DNA of 64,000 nucleotides from an uncultured Spirochaetota bacterium (GTDB taxonomy: Bacteria > Spirochaetota > Spirochaetia > SZUA-6 > Fen-1364), in the NCBI GenBank assembly GCA_963734545.1, contig CAVTHO010000010.1, positions 1-64,000 of the forward strand, read 5' to 3'. Below, piece by piece: positions 29,819-42,424 of the stretch. The notes under the pieces are model-generated. The model ran no database searches and had not been told where the DNA came from. It saw only the letters and a program-made list of their open reading frames with translations. The translations under genes were made by a program, and so were the position numbers. Within the stretch, counting starts at the first letter, position 1. Each line of letters starts with the position of its first letter.

Positions 29819-32590
29819 GACCTTTCCCTCATCCCCGCGCCCGTGGCCAGGGCCGTCCCGTGGTCGTCCGCGAGCTCGTGCAGGAGCAGTCGGAAGGAGT
29901 CCGGCTCGAGAAAGAGCAGCTGGTGGCACACCACGGTGTGCATGTCGGCGCCGTAGATCACCGCTTCCGTAAGGAGGATCCTGTCACCCGGCTGGTTGAA
30001 CCGGGCCAGGACCGAGTCGATGACCGGCAGGCACATGTCGATGCTGATCTCCGGCACCTCCGGGCAGACCTGCAGGCCCGCGGCGTCCGCGATCGAGTTG
30101 ATGAAGCAGGCAGCCAGGATGTTCCCCATCTCGGAGAGGCCCGATTGATCCACGGCGGACAGGTCCGTACGTGTGCCGGGCAGGGGCGGCCATGCAGCAT
30201 GTCGTCGATGGAGAGAAGGCTCTTCTCGGGAAACACCAGGAGCACGCCGCCGCTGATGCCGCCCCCGATTCCCACGTAGATTCCGCCCACCGTGGCCTCT
30301 TCACCTCTCCCATGAGCTCGGCGACGTCCGCGAGCGGCATGAGCCGCGACTCCGGAAAGCTCACACGTATCTCCTGACCCATGAGCTGGGAAAGGCTGAC
30401 GGAGGCCTGGATGGCCGCCGCCATTGTGCAGCTCCTCGAGCCGCCCGCCCCTGCTGCCTGTGACGGCGGAGGCAAGATCGTCCACAGGCTGTTCAGGCGC
30501 CAAGGAGGCCTCGGGAGCAGGGACAGTGACGGACTGGTTTTCCGTCAGCGAATCGACGACTCCTGCAGCCGGGCGGAACGAATGGATCGGCCGGCATGCA
30601 GTCCGATGAGGGACGGCACGTCCACGATCAGGGCAATCGTGCCGTTTCCCAGGATCGAGGCGCCGATGAAGCCGGCCACCTCCCGGTAGTGACGGCTCAG
30701 GCTCTTGATGACGACCTCCCGTGTGCCGATGATCCTTTCGACTTCGAGACCGATCTTCGTGCCCTCGAACTCGACGATCACCACCGGGCGACGGGGAGCC
30801 TTGCCGGCTTCGCCGCGATCCTGCCGCCGAGGACGCCGGCCAGCTCGACGAGCGCCAGCACTTCGTCGCGGAGCATGATGACCCGCAGTGCCACCGTCCG
30901 CAGGGTCGATTCCTTCCCTTCCAGGATCTCGCGGACCGCGGACAATGGGATGGCATACACCGAGCCCGCTGTCTCCACGAGGGCCGCCGTAATGATGGCC
31001 ATGGTGAGGGGGAGCGTAATGGTGACGACAGTGCCTTTGCCGGAAACGGATTGCACGCGGACATTCCCGCCCATCTCCTCCACGCCGCGTTTCACCGCGT
31101 CCATTCCGACGCCGCGGCCCGAGATGTCGGTCACTTCCCGCGCCGTGCTGAAGCCCGGCAGGAAGATGAAGCCGAGAATGCGGTCCGTGCCAGCGGTCTC
31201 CGCCTCGTCCCGGCTGATCAGACCCTTCTGCAGCGCCTTTTTCAGTATCGCTTCCCGATCGAGCCCGCGGCCGTCATCCGATACCTGGATGCAGATGTGG
31301 TCTCCCTCCTGGTACGCTGCCAGCCTGATGGTCCCTTCAGGACTCTTGCCGCGCGCCGCGCGTTCTGCCGCGTTCTCCAGCCCGTGATCCACCGCGTTGC
31401 GCACGAGGTGGACGAGGGGCTCGCCGATGCGGTCGATCACTTTCTTGTCGATCTCGGTCTCCTCGCCGGAGACCTCCAGGACAACGGTCTTGCCGCTCGC
31501 CTTCGACAGGTCCCGCACCACGCGGCGGAATCGATCGAAAACCCGGGAAACGGGGAGCATCCTCGCCTTCATGATGCCGTTCTGAAGCTGCCGCGCGATG
31601 GCGGACAAGCCTTCGGTTTTTTCTTCCAGCTCCGCAACGAGCGGGCTTCTTCCATATGCCTGGCGAAGAGACTGGGCCGTCGCGACGAATCCCGAGTTGT
31701 GGATGACCAGCTCTCCTACAAGGTTGAGCAGGGTGTCCAGCTTTTCCACGGACACGCGCACCACTTCATCTGGCTGGATGCCTACACGGTCGGCGCGCCC
31801 GACTCCTTTGCGGCCGCGGGCAGCGTCTGCTCGCAGCGGCCGACCGGAATTGGCGCCTCGGGAGAGGGCAGGCGGTCACCTGGTCCACGGCAACCTCGCG
31901 GGCGAGCGCCTCGGGACCCGCCGCACTTTCGACCGTCACCGTATAAAGGAAAGGCCCGTCTCCGTCGCGGAGGGCTCCCCGGTGAAGGCTCGGTGGCCGA
32001 CGACGCGTGCCCAGCCGCTCAAGCCTGGCCTTCACGAGGAACGAACGCAGGTACGCCTCACGCGGCTGGCCTTCGATTCGGATCTCCAGCCGGCACGACA
32101 CACGCGGAGCAGCGTGCTGCGGTACCCCGCGGATTTCGCGCGCAGACGCAGGACGGCCGGCGAGACCGCTGGCAGGACCGCGCTCGGTCCGCGCACCGGC
32201 GCTTCCCGCTCCGTGCGCGCGCTCAACCGGCTCATGAGGCGCCTCCGTCTCACTGTTGAAACCGGCGCCTCCGTCAGGTGAGCCGACCATCGACTTGCAG
32301 GAGGTCCAGTCCTTCGAAGAGGACTTCACCCAGCCGCGATGTCATAGGCCCGCGTGCCGTCCCGCACATCGGCCAGCGACGACTCCAGGCAATGCGCAAG
32401 CTTCTGCAGCATGTCAAAGCCGATGAACCCGGCTGAGCCCTTCAGCGTATGGATTGCCCGGAACATACCGTTCAACCGCTCCGGCTGCCCGGGATTCCCA
32501 TCGAGGGCCAGGAGGCATTCCTCCCATTCCCTGAGCGAGATCGCTCGCCTCTTCGCTGAAGATCGCCAGGTATTCCGATTTCTTTTCCAT
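29815..32590 (-). CDS. cheA: Chemotaxis kinase CheA with apparent C-terminal CheC-like domain, frameshifted
   Basis: Hpt FRAIHTLKGSAG; LVHLVRNAVDHG; DISGRGVGMD; P5 GASILGNG; followed by ASVSLSQL..LSEMGNILAACFINSI CheC motifs. Confidence 0.8.
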
Positions 32591-32629
32591 TTCAGGTTTC
32601 TCCCTGTTTCCCTGGTCCCTGTCCGCCGC

Positions 32630-33154
32630 CTAAGCTTCGGACAGGGCTCCCACGAATGATTCCGTTTCCTGCAGTGTCTCCTGCTCCTCCACCGCAATGC
32701 TGATCTCGATGGGGCCATACTGGGTAATCAGTCCCAGTACCAGCGCGGGCTTGGGCACAAGGTGCACGCTCAGGTTGGTGCCCGTGGCAATCGCCGGGGT
32801 GGTGATGTTCAGTATCTGGTCGCGCCTCTGGTTCAGCAGCGCGGTGGCATTACCGGTGATCATGTTCGCCACCTCGCCCAGGCAGTCCAGGAACATGATC
32901 TTCTTTTCCTGCGGGGACTTGCCTTCCAGCATCTTGTCCACCAGCCGCGCGGCGAGGGCGCCGTCCAGGCTGTAGACGATCTGGCCGGTCAGAAAGCCGT
33001 AGATGCCGATTATGATGGACACCCCGAAGGAGGGCTCCACCTTGGCCTTGTACGACAGGTGCCCCCGGCGGACTTCGATGCCAGTGATCTGGTTGACCAC
33101 CCGCATGGCGGCCTCGACAAACGGATTGACGTGCTTGGCGTTGATCTTTGTCAT
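32630..33154 (-). CDS. cheX: CheY-P phosphatase CheX
   Basis: VNPFVEA, GEVANMITG, ITTP. Confidence 0.9.
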   Translation of the reverse strand: MTKINAKHVNPFVEAAMRVVNQITGIEVRRGHLSYKAKVEPSFGVSIIIGIYGFLTGQIVYSLDGALAARLVDKMLEGKSPQEKKIMFLDCLGEVANMITGNATALLNQRRDQILNITTPAIATGTNLSVHLVPKPALVLGLITQYGPIEISIAVEEQETLQETESFVGALSEA

Positions 33155-33170
33155 TGTTTTGCCCTTTCGC

Positions 33171-33534
33171 TTACTGCAGCGCCTTGTGCACTGCCGAAAT
33201 AATCCGCTCTTTGGTGAATGGCTTCACCACGAAATCACGCACGCCCAGCGGCGATGGAATCCAGGAGCATCTTCTCCTGGCCAAGCGCGGTGACCATGAC
33301 GATGCGGGCATTGGGATCGGCTGCCAGGATGTCCCGCGCCGCCTCCAGGCCGTCCTTCACCTTCATGGTGATGTCCATCGTGACCAGATCGGGCTTGAGC
33401 TGGGTGTACTTTGTCACCGCCTCGGCCCCGTTCGTCGCTTCCCCCGCGATCTCGAATCCGCCGGGAGTCAGCGTGTCCTTGACGATCGTGCGCATGAAGT
33501 TCGCATCATCGACTACCAAGATTCTCTTTCCCAT
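33171..33534 (-). CDS. cheY: Single-domain response regulator CheY, one frameshift
   Basis: ILVVDDANFMR, PDLVTMDITM, VTALGQ; DFVVKPF in a shifted frame ending at TAA 33171. Confidence 0.9.
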
Positions 33535-33591
33535 TTCTCGTACTCCTTTCAAAGCGGCAGGCGGGGGATCCCGGGAGACCCCCCTGCCCTC

Positions 33592-35648
33592 CTATGCGAT
33601 TTTCTCCACCCGTTCCGGGGTGTCGTTCTCAAGTGACGTCCCGTCCTCCGCAGAGACCCTGAATTGCGCGACGAGCTTCTGCAGCTCCTGCGCCATGCCG
33701 GAGAGCTGCTCCGTGGACGAGGACATCTGCTCCGCTGCGGTCGCCGCCGCCTGCGTCAGCTCGTTCACGTTCTCCACGGCCTTGCAGACCTGCCGTGCGT
33801 TGGTGGTCTGCTCCTCGGTGGCGGCGGAGATGCTCTGGCTCATCTCGTTGACGTTCGCCAGCGCCGCGGCCAGCTCCCGGATCGCGGCCACCTGCTGCTC
33901 CATCGAGTCGGACAGCTCCACGATCATGTCCTTGACCTTCTGCGAGGCGGTCGCGGATCTGCTCCATCGACTCCTGCGACCCCTGGGCCATCTCGACGCC
34001 CCTCTGTGACGTTCTTCACGCTCTCCTTGATCAGGATCTCGATCTCCTTGGTGGAGGTGGCGCTGCGCTCGGCGAGCTTGCTCACCTCGTCGGCCACGAC
34101 CGCGAACCCGCGGCCGTGCTCTCCCGCCCGCGCGGCCTCGATGGAAGCGTTCAGCGCCAGGAGGTTGGTCTGGTCGGCGATGTCGGAGATGACCGTCACG
34201 ATCCCGCCGATCTTCTCCGAGCTCTCGGCAATGAGGTTGATCCCCTGGACCACGTCCGCCGACCGCCTGCGCTCCCTCGTCCGCGTTGTCCACGGACGCT
34301 CCGGCAAGCCCGGAGATCTCGCTCAGGTTGCGGGAGATCTCGTCGATGGACTTCTGCACCTGGGTCATCGAGCCGGTTCCCTGCTCTACGGCGGCGGCCT
34401 GGCTCTGGGCGTGCTCCGCTCACCTGGTCTACGGAGGCCGTCAGCTCCTCGACGGATGCGCTCGTCTCCTCCAGGGTGGAGGCCTGGCTCTGCGCGCCCT
34501 CGGCCAGGGACTGCGAGCTGGCGGACATCTCTTCACTGGACGCGGCCACCTGCTCGGCGCTGTCCTGGATGGTCGCCACGATGGAGCGCAGCCTCGTGGA
34601 GGTCTGGTACAGCGCTGCCGCCAGCACGCCGATCTCGTCGTTCTTGCCGAGCAGCCGCGCGTCCACGTCCTCCCTCAGGTCCCCTTCCGCCAGGTTGGAG
34701 AGGAGGTCGACCATCTTCTGGATCGGATTGGAGATCGAGCGGGCGAACAGCGAGAAGACGAATCCGCCCGCGGCCAAACCCGCCGCCATGATGGCGATGA
34801 TCGAGAGGAGCAGATTCCGGAAGGCCTCCTTGCTCTGGCTGAGCTTCAGTCGTCTCCTCGACAACGGCCGCCACCAGCGGCTCCACCTTGTGGATGGCCT
34901 CCCTCATTCCTCCCTGCAGCCCGTCGTTCTCCGTCAGCCCGATCTGAGCCTGGACCTGGAGGTAGTGCTGCACGGCCGCTCCGTACTTGTCGATGTCCGC
35001 CAGGAGCGCCGAGCGCGTCGGCTCACCCAGTCGTCCTGCCCCCGCGCGCAGTCTTTCCAGCTCGCCGGTGAGCTGCTGAACGTACTGATCGTCCGCGCGA
35101 AGGAGGTAGTCCTTCTCATGACGCCGCACGCTCAGCAGCGATATGGTGAGGGCAGCGTTCCCGGCCGCCGAGAGGCGGCTCTCGATGTCATGGGCCGCGG
35201 TGCGCCAGTCGCCCTCGGCCCCCCAGTCGGCAAACCCCCGCTCCCGATAGGCGGCCACCAGCTTGGCGAATGACTGGTTGTAGCCGTCGACCGCCTCGCG
35301 CAGATCGCCGATCGTCTGCCGGGTAGCGGCCTGGTGAAGCGCGTCGAGCTGGTCGATTGCCTTCCGCATGCCGGCAACCGACTCGGTGTGCTTGGCGAGG
35401 TTGGCGCTCGTTCCCTTCTGGTAGAACTCCGCAGTCCGGATGTCCCGCAGCTGGAAGTCCTTTTCGTTCCGCCGCGCCTGCAGCATCCAGATGGCGATCT
35501 CGTTCGCCAGTGAATGCGCCGTGCTCGCCCTGTCGCTTCTCTGGTAGAAAAAGACCAGGCAGGCGACCCACGTAGCACCGATCAGGACCGTAAGAAACAG
35601 AAAAATCCTCAGAAGCTTGACGAATATCGTCGTGTTCTTCTTTGGCAT
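33592..35648 (-). CDS. Methyl-accepting chemotaxis protein (periplasmic helical sensor, HAMP), frameshifted
   Basis: [13 protein letters not shown] / RRHEKDY sensor repeats, [37 protein letters not shown]. Confidence 0.9.
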
Positions 35649-35680
35649 ATATAGCTCCTTTCTTTCCACGAGGCCTTAAT

Positions 35681-35696
35681 AGCAAGGTGTGTGCCA
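35681..35696 (-). promoter_or_regulatory. sigma54 (-24/-12) promoter of the MCP-che operon
   Basis: Minus strand TGGCAC-ACACC-TTGCT, 32 bp upstream of the MCP start. Confidence 0.85.
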
Positions 35697-35935
35697 ATCG
35701 ACGGATTGTCGTTTAATTTTCTATCAGGTAAAGAATTATTTTTTGATACCGAACCTTGGGGCCGATATGCCGGTCCTGCAGTCAGCTTGCAGGATTCTCA
35801 TAACTCTTTATGCTGATGTGAATTAAGTCAAATGGCTTGGACAGGCAAAGTGCGTTTTGTTCCAGGGGTTTCGAAAACGAAGAGGGCCGGGCAATCGGCG
35901 CGCCCCCCTTCTGTTCACGGCAGGCGCCGCTTGCC

Positions 35936-37510
35936 CTACGTGTCTGACGCGGCTGCCGAAGGCAGCACGATGCGGAAGAGGGTTCCGCTGCCGGGGGAGC
36001 TTTCGACGTGGATGCGTCCCCCGGCAGCTTCGATGATCATCTGCACCATCGACAGGCCGAGCCCTGTCCCCACGCCTTCCGGCTTGGTGGTGAAAAACGG
36101 CTCGAAAATCCTCGCCCGCGTCTCGCCGTCCATGCCGGTGCCGCTGTCCCGAATCTCGAGGAAGACCTGCCCGGCGCCGCGGGAGAGAGATGGATCATCG
36201 CCCGTCCTTGCGCTGATCGTTATCGTTCCTCCGTCGGGCATCGCGTCCCGCGCGTTCAGGACGAGATTGCGCACCACCTGGTCGAGCTGTGACGCCGCGA
36301 TGTCGACCAGGAAGCTCTCAGGCTCCAGAATGCAAGCACGAGGGACTGACCTTCACGCAGGTGCTGCCGGAGGCTGGACTCCGCCTCGCGCAGAACCGCG
36401 TTCAGCTCGACGCACACATGCGCCTTGTGCGGGGCACTGCCCATTGTGAAGAGCTGATGGACCATCTTGCTGGCCTTGGCAGCGGCAAGCCGGATCTCCT
36501 GGGCGTCCGCCCGTACCGCCTGCGTCACCCCTTCTTCGGAGGCAATCAACTCCGCATAGCCGCTCACGACGGAAAGCGTGTTGTTGAAATCGTGCGCGAG
36601 CCCGGGCGGCGAGACGCCCGACCGTTTCGAGCCTGTGTGCCCGGGCGAGCTCCAGCTCCATCTGCCGGGGTACCGTCACGTCGACGAATCCGCCTTCCGC
36701 GAATCCGTCGTTCGTGGACAATCGGAACGAGCCGACGATCACGAAGCTTCTCCCGCCCGGGGTTCGGCCGCGCAGCTCTTCGTCGCGCAGCTCGCCCTGT
36801 TCCCGAAGCCTGCGGATCGTTTCCGCCTTTCCTTCAGCGTCCAGCAGATCGAAAAAGCACACGTGCTCGGGAACCGCGGAGGAGTCGGACCCCATGAATC
36901 GCAGGAATGCGTCGTTGCAGTAGCGGATCCGGAAGGTGTCCTCGTCCAGCAGCACGTATGGAGTCGGCAAGCTCCCGATCAGCCTGCGGTACTCGCTCCT
37001 CGTCTGCTCCAGCATGTCGATTACGCCAGTGGAGGCCGAGAGCTCAGGCGCCCGGGAACCGGCAGTGATCCGATCGGAAAGCAGGAAATTCCGGATCAGC
37101 CTTCCCTTGGAGCTGCCGGAGGGGCTGGCGAGAGCCTTCCTGACAACGGCGATGAGCCGTTCCCTGTCGATGGGCTTCACGAGGTAGTCGACCACACCTC
37201 CTGCCGTTCCCTCCGCGTAGTCCCTGATCTGGGAAGAGGCGGTCACGACGATCATTCGCGGCCGGTTCAGCAGAGGGACGCTCTGTCGAATGATGTCATG
37301 TCCCGTGACATGAGGCATATTCAGATCGAGGATCACGAGGCTGAACTTCTCCCGTGCCAGCATGGCAGGGACGTTTCTGCTTTCCGCGCACGTGCGCAGA
37401 TTGCTGTAGCCTGCTGATCGAAGGGTGATGCTCATCGAGGTGAGCGCGTTCTCCTCGTCGTCCACGATCAGCAGGGGTTGCTGTGGATATAGTGCACCAG
37501 GAATCATCAT
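35936..37510 (-). CDS. Hybrid REC-PAS-histidine kinase, frameshifted
   Basis: LLIVDDEE, ILDLNMP, PAS, AHDFNN H-box, NLVLNARDA, FEPFFTTK..GTGLGL. Confidence 0.85.
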
Positions 37511-37521
37511 GACTCGACTAA

Positions 37522-37537
37522 TGCAAGGAATGTGCCA
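37522..37537 (-). promoter_or_regulatory. sigma54 (-24/-12) promoter of the hybrid kinase
   Basis: Minus strand TGGCAC-ATTCC-TTGCA. Confidence 0.8.
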
Positions 37538-37702
37538 GCTGACTATGCAATCTATTTCCTTATCTGGTAAATATCTAAGAATAGAGCAGGCTTCAACAAG
37601 TGAAGGGGCGAAAGATGCTGATGACGGAGGACATTCTCTCTATCTCTTTGGCATGGAATGAGTTACGTGCGAAATGCGCCGCGGCCGAGAGTGCAAAATG
37701 TC

Positions 37703-39120
37703 CTAGGGTTTCCTGTTGAGCCGGCGGTTCAACGCGGTGCGCGTCAGGCCCAGAAGCCGCGCCGCGGCATCCTGGTTTCCTTTCGAACGGCGGAGGGATT
37801 CCTCGATCAGGAGGTTGCCGGCTTCCCTCAGCGTGGGCAGAGTCTGGCAGGCGCCGAACAGATTCTCCCCTTCCGCCGTGCATGATCCCGCGCCCTTCTC
37901 CGCCGCGCTTACCGCCCTTTCACCCATCGCATTTCGGAAGCTCCCGAGCGACAAGACGCGTGACTGATGACGCACCACCGCGTCGAAAATCAAACCCTCG
38001 AGCTCGCGGATATTGCCGGGAAACGGATAGCTTCGAAGCAGCGGCAGGAGCTCCTTCGGGCACCGTGGGCATGCTCTTGCCGACGGCCTTGGACGCCTTG
38101 TCGAGGAAGTGATCGACCAGGGCGGGAAGGTCGCCCGCTCTCTCCCGCAGCGGCGGTATGCGGATATGGTGGGACCGCAGCCGGTACAGGAGGTCCTTGC
38201 GGAACTTGCCCTCCGCCGTCGCTTGCGCGATATCGAGGTTGGTGGCGAACACGAACCGCGCGGTCGTCGGCCGCGGCCTGTCGGTGCCCAGCGGATAGTA
38301 CTCCCTCTCCTGCAGGAGCCGCAGGAGCTTGATCTGCGATTCGGGGGCAAGGTCCCCGATCTCGTCGAGGAAGAGCGTCCCTTCCTCCGCCTTGGCCACC
38401 ATCCCTTCGCGTGCCGAGTCCGCGCCGGTAAAGGCACCCTTCACGTGCCCGAAGAGGGTGTCCGCGAACAGGGTGTCGTCCAGCCCGGCGACATTCACGG
38501 GAACGAAGCTCCCCGTTCGTCCGGCTCAGCGAGTGGATGGCACGGGCGATCAGCTCCTTGCCGACGCCCGTCTCCCCGGTGATGAGCACGGGAAGCGATG
38601 TCGGGGCGATGGCCTCCGCGTAGCGGAAGATCGCGAGCATCGAGGGGTCCGGCGTGATGATTTCACGAAACGCCTCGGGGTGCGCCGGTCCCGTGGCAAG
38701 GAGACCGTCGCGCAGGGATCCTGACCTCGCGCTCGGTCTCCCACTTCTCGATCGCGTGCCGCACGCTGGTGACCAGGCGCGTGCGGTCGACGGGCTTGGC
38801 AGGTAGTCGAATGCTCCGGCCCGCATGCACCGAACCGCGGTGTCCAGGTCACCGGTTCCCGTGGCCACGATTACCGGGGTCTCGGGCCGTTCCTCCAGGA
38901 TCGTCGGCAGGAGGTCGAGCCCGGAGATCCGGGCAGATTGAGGTCCAGGACGACGGCGGCGAAGGACCCCGCGCGGACCTCGTCGCCAGCCGGCGTCCCC
39001 GTCCGCGCACTCGACGATGTTCGTGATGCCGTCCAGGAGCAGCGCCGCGCGCACGCGAGGCGCGGATCTCCTCCTCGTCGTCCACGATGAGCACGGGGTC
39101 CGCGGGGAGGGGCGGCTCAT
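37703..39120 (-). CDS. sigma54-dependent NtrC-family response regulator (REC-AAA+-HTH), frameshifted
   Basis: VLIVDDEE, GETGVGKE, FGHVKGAFTGA, LFLDEIGDL, FRKDLLYRL, FPGNIREL, AARLLGL. Confidence 0.9.
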
Positions 39121-42100
39121 GGAGCGCTCCCGGACGCGGGAAGCCGCACCGTGACGACGGTCCCTCGTCCACTTCGAGTGAAGCTGCATTGTTCCTCCGT
39201 GATTCTGGACGATGCGGGAGGAGACGGCAGAGGCCGAGCCCCGATCCGCCCTTCTGCCGCTTGGTCGTGAAGAACGGATCGACCACGCGAGACAGGTTCT
39301 CCTGCGGGATTCCGATTCCCTCGTCGGTCACGCTGAGCGTCACCCACTCCCCCTCCGTCTTCGATGGTCGTTGCGATCGTGACCGCCCTTTCCCGTGAAC
39401 GAAAGGGCCTGGCAGGCGTTTGTGACGAGGTTGATCACCACCTGCTCGAGCTGGTGATAGTTCCCCCGCACGGCGGGCAGAGAAGGAGCTCCCGGACTGA
39501 GAAGAAATCCGTCGATTTCTGGATCAGGTTCTGCACGATCATGACTGCCGGACCTGACGACCTTGTTCAGGTCCACGTGCTCGCTCAGGCCGCCCTCGTC
39601 CCCGCGCGCGAAGTCGCGCAGATTGAGGAGGAGCTTCTCGATGCGCTTCGACCCTTCCCCGATGCCCCCCAGGAGCTCATCCACCATGCCCCGCGCCGTC
39701 GTCGTAGGGGATGCCGTGCAGCGTGAGCGCCCCGTCCGTTCGAAGCGAGGTCGTCGAGAACCAGCCGGATGTCGCCCCAGAACTCCGGCGAGGTTCTGGG
39801 AGTTCAGGCGGATGTAGTTGTTGGGATTGTTGATTTCATGAGCGATACCGGAAACCAGGGTGCCGAGCGAGGCGAGCTTCGACGGCCTGGAAGAGCTGCA
39901 GCTCGTGCTCGCGTTCCCGTTCCCGGGCGCTCATCCGCTCCGAGATATCGCGCGACGCGCTCTGGATCTCGATCACGTTCCCGGTCTGCTCGTCCCTGAT
40001 TCCATGGCTGACAGTCTCGAACCAGGTATAGGTGCCGTCCTTGCGGCGGATCCGGTAGCTCACCGTGTAGGAGCTATTCTGCTCCTGAATGGTCGCGTGT
40101 GATCGTGTGACCGCTGCCAGGTCCTCTTCATGGAAGAGATCATACGCGGACCTGCCCACAAGCTCCTCCGGCGCATAGCCGAGCAGCGCCGTGCAGGCGG
40201 GGGACGCATAGAGATATCGCCCGTCCGGTGCGTGGCGGGAGATCATGTCAGTCGAGTTTTCCGCCAGGAGCCGGAAGCGCGCTTCGCTGTCGCGGAGCGC
40301 CTCCTCCATCACCTTGCGTTCGGTCATGTCGCGCGTGATTGAGAGGAGGCGCTTCTTGCCGTCGATCTCGATGATTCTCCAGGACACCATGCCATAGCGT
40401 ATGCTCCCGTTCTTCTTGCGAAACGGCACCCACTCGCCGACGGCCTCTCCACGCTGCGTGACCATTTCGAGCAGCCGCGCCCGGTCGTTCAGGGTTGACC
40501 CAGATACCGAGGTCACGCGGGAAGCTGGACCTGGCCCGATGACCTCGTCCCGCTGATACCCGTACACCTCCGTGAAGCCCCGGTTGACCTCGAGAAGGAC
40601 CCCGTCGTCCAGATGGCTGATCGTGATCGAATCAGGGCTGCCGTGAAAGGCCCGGGAGAACTTCTCTTCGGACTGCCGCAGCGCTTCCACCATCCGTCGG
40701 TTCTCGGTCATGTCCCGGGCCAGGCCGACGAGGCGGTGGATGCGTCCGCGCGTATCGCGGATCGGCACCAGCGTTGTATGGAAATAGGATCGTCCGGTGG
40801 GAAGATCGAGCATGCTTTCGAAGCTCATGGGCCGCCCCGCCTCGATGCATTGACGGTTCTGCTCGTTCACGATCTCCACGACATCCCTCGACATGTACTC
40901 GTCGTTGAACTTTCCGGCCGCGAATGATCGGGGAACTCCCAGCATCCTTTCCTGCGCCGGATTGTACTCCATGAGCCGGTAGCGCTGATCCTGCGTCACT
41001 TCGACCATGAAGAGACCGTCCGAGGTATTCTCGAACACCTCGCGGTAGCGCTGCTCGCTTTCCCGCAGGGCTTCCTCCGCGCGGCGGCGTTCGGTCACGT
41101 CGTGCGCCATCCCGAGAATGCGGCGGATCCTCCCCGACTCGTCGCGCAGCGGCACGAGTGTCGTCTGAAAGGCCATGCTGCCGCCCGGCAGATCGAGCAG
41201 CTCGTCATAGCTGATCGGCGCGCCCGCCTCGATGCAGCGCCGGTAGTTGGCGGTCACCTGAGCGGCTGTTTCAGGAAGCAGGAACTCCTCCATGATCTTC
41301 CCCACGGCCGTCGACGCGGCAATCCCTGTCATCTTCTCCTCGGCAGGATTGAAGCTCACGGCGCGGAAACGCATGTCGGGCGTCACGTCGAGCAGGAATA
41401 TGCCGTCGGATGCCTTTTCGAAGACCTCCCGGTACAACGCCTCACTCGTGCGAAGAGCCGCCCCGGATCGGATGGAGCCGATCACCTCGATGGCAAGAGA
41501 AACGAGGATGCTGCCCAGATCGAGGTCCTGGTCGCTGAACGGAGGGACCTGCTTGTTGTGGAGGGAGACAAGACCGAAATAATCGAGACGCGCATCCGCC
41601 ATGGGCAGGACAAGCAGCGATCCGTTTCGATACCCGTTCCAGCCGTTGCGCGCGTACCCGGGGTCGGCGGCGATGTCTTGGATCAGGACCGGCGCGCAGC
41701 CGGAACGCCTTCTCGAAGACGCACCCGCGCGGCAGCGGGAGGGACAGGTGCCGGGGGGCATGGTCAGGATCGAGCGCGCCGGCCAGCCTGAGCTCCTCCC
41801 CGTCCCGCACGTAGAAGCTCCCGCCGTCCGCTCCCATGATCCGGGCAAACTCCACGAGCAGGTTGTGACAGAATGCATCTTCATCACGCTGGCCGGCGAG
41901 GCGCTTGGCCGATTCCACGAGCCCGCGGAGCCTCTCGTTGAGCTGCGAGAGATCCCTGTTGCCTGCCTCCAGCGCCTGCCGGGCCGCTTCATTTTCCTCC
42001 CGCAGCCTGACCCGCTCGAAGCAACGGTCAAGTGTGGCAAAGAGGTCGTCCGGCTCGACGGGCTTGACGAGGTAGTCATACGCTCCTGCCTTGAGTGCGC

Positions 42101-42389
42101 GGATCGCCGTGTCCGTTCCCGCATAGGCGGTCATGGTGACGCAGAGGGACTGCGGTGCGACCTTCAGCAGTGTCTGTACGAGCTCCACTCCGCTGTCCTT
42201 CCCGAGCCTCACGTCCACCAGAAAGACCTGCGGGGGAACATCCCGGGCCCGGGCCAGCGCGTCACGCGCCGTGGCCGCGGTCGTCACATCGTAGCCTGCG
42301 CCTTCGAGCACATCGACGAGGCTTGCGCAGAAATCCGCGTCGTCGTCGACGATGAATACCCTTCGCTTTTCCCGCTCATTTCTGCTCAT
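39117..42389 (-). CDS. REC-GAF-multi-PAS sensor histidine kinase, frameshifted
   Basis: VFIVDDD REC, GAF-like segment, about 4 PAS/PAC repeats (HDVTERRRAEEALRESE etc.), AHEINNPN, LEQVVINLVTNA, PFFTTK. Confidence 0.85.
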
Positions 42390-42424
42390 GCCTTCTCCGC
42401 GGGATCCATCCCGTGCTCCTCTTG

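Noticed and set aside
33555-33590. GC-rich hairpin between MCP and cheY, considered as a REP-like repeat
   Set aside because: No matching copies found in other intergenic regions; likely a local mRNA stem
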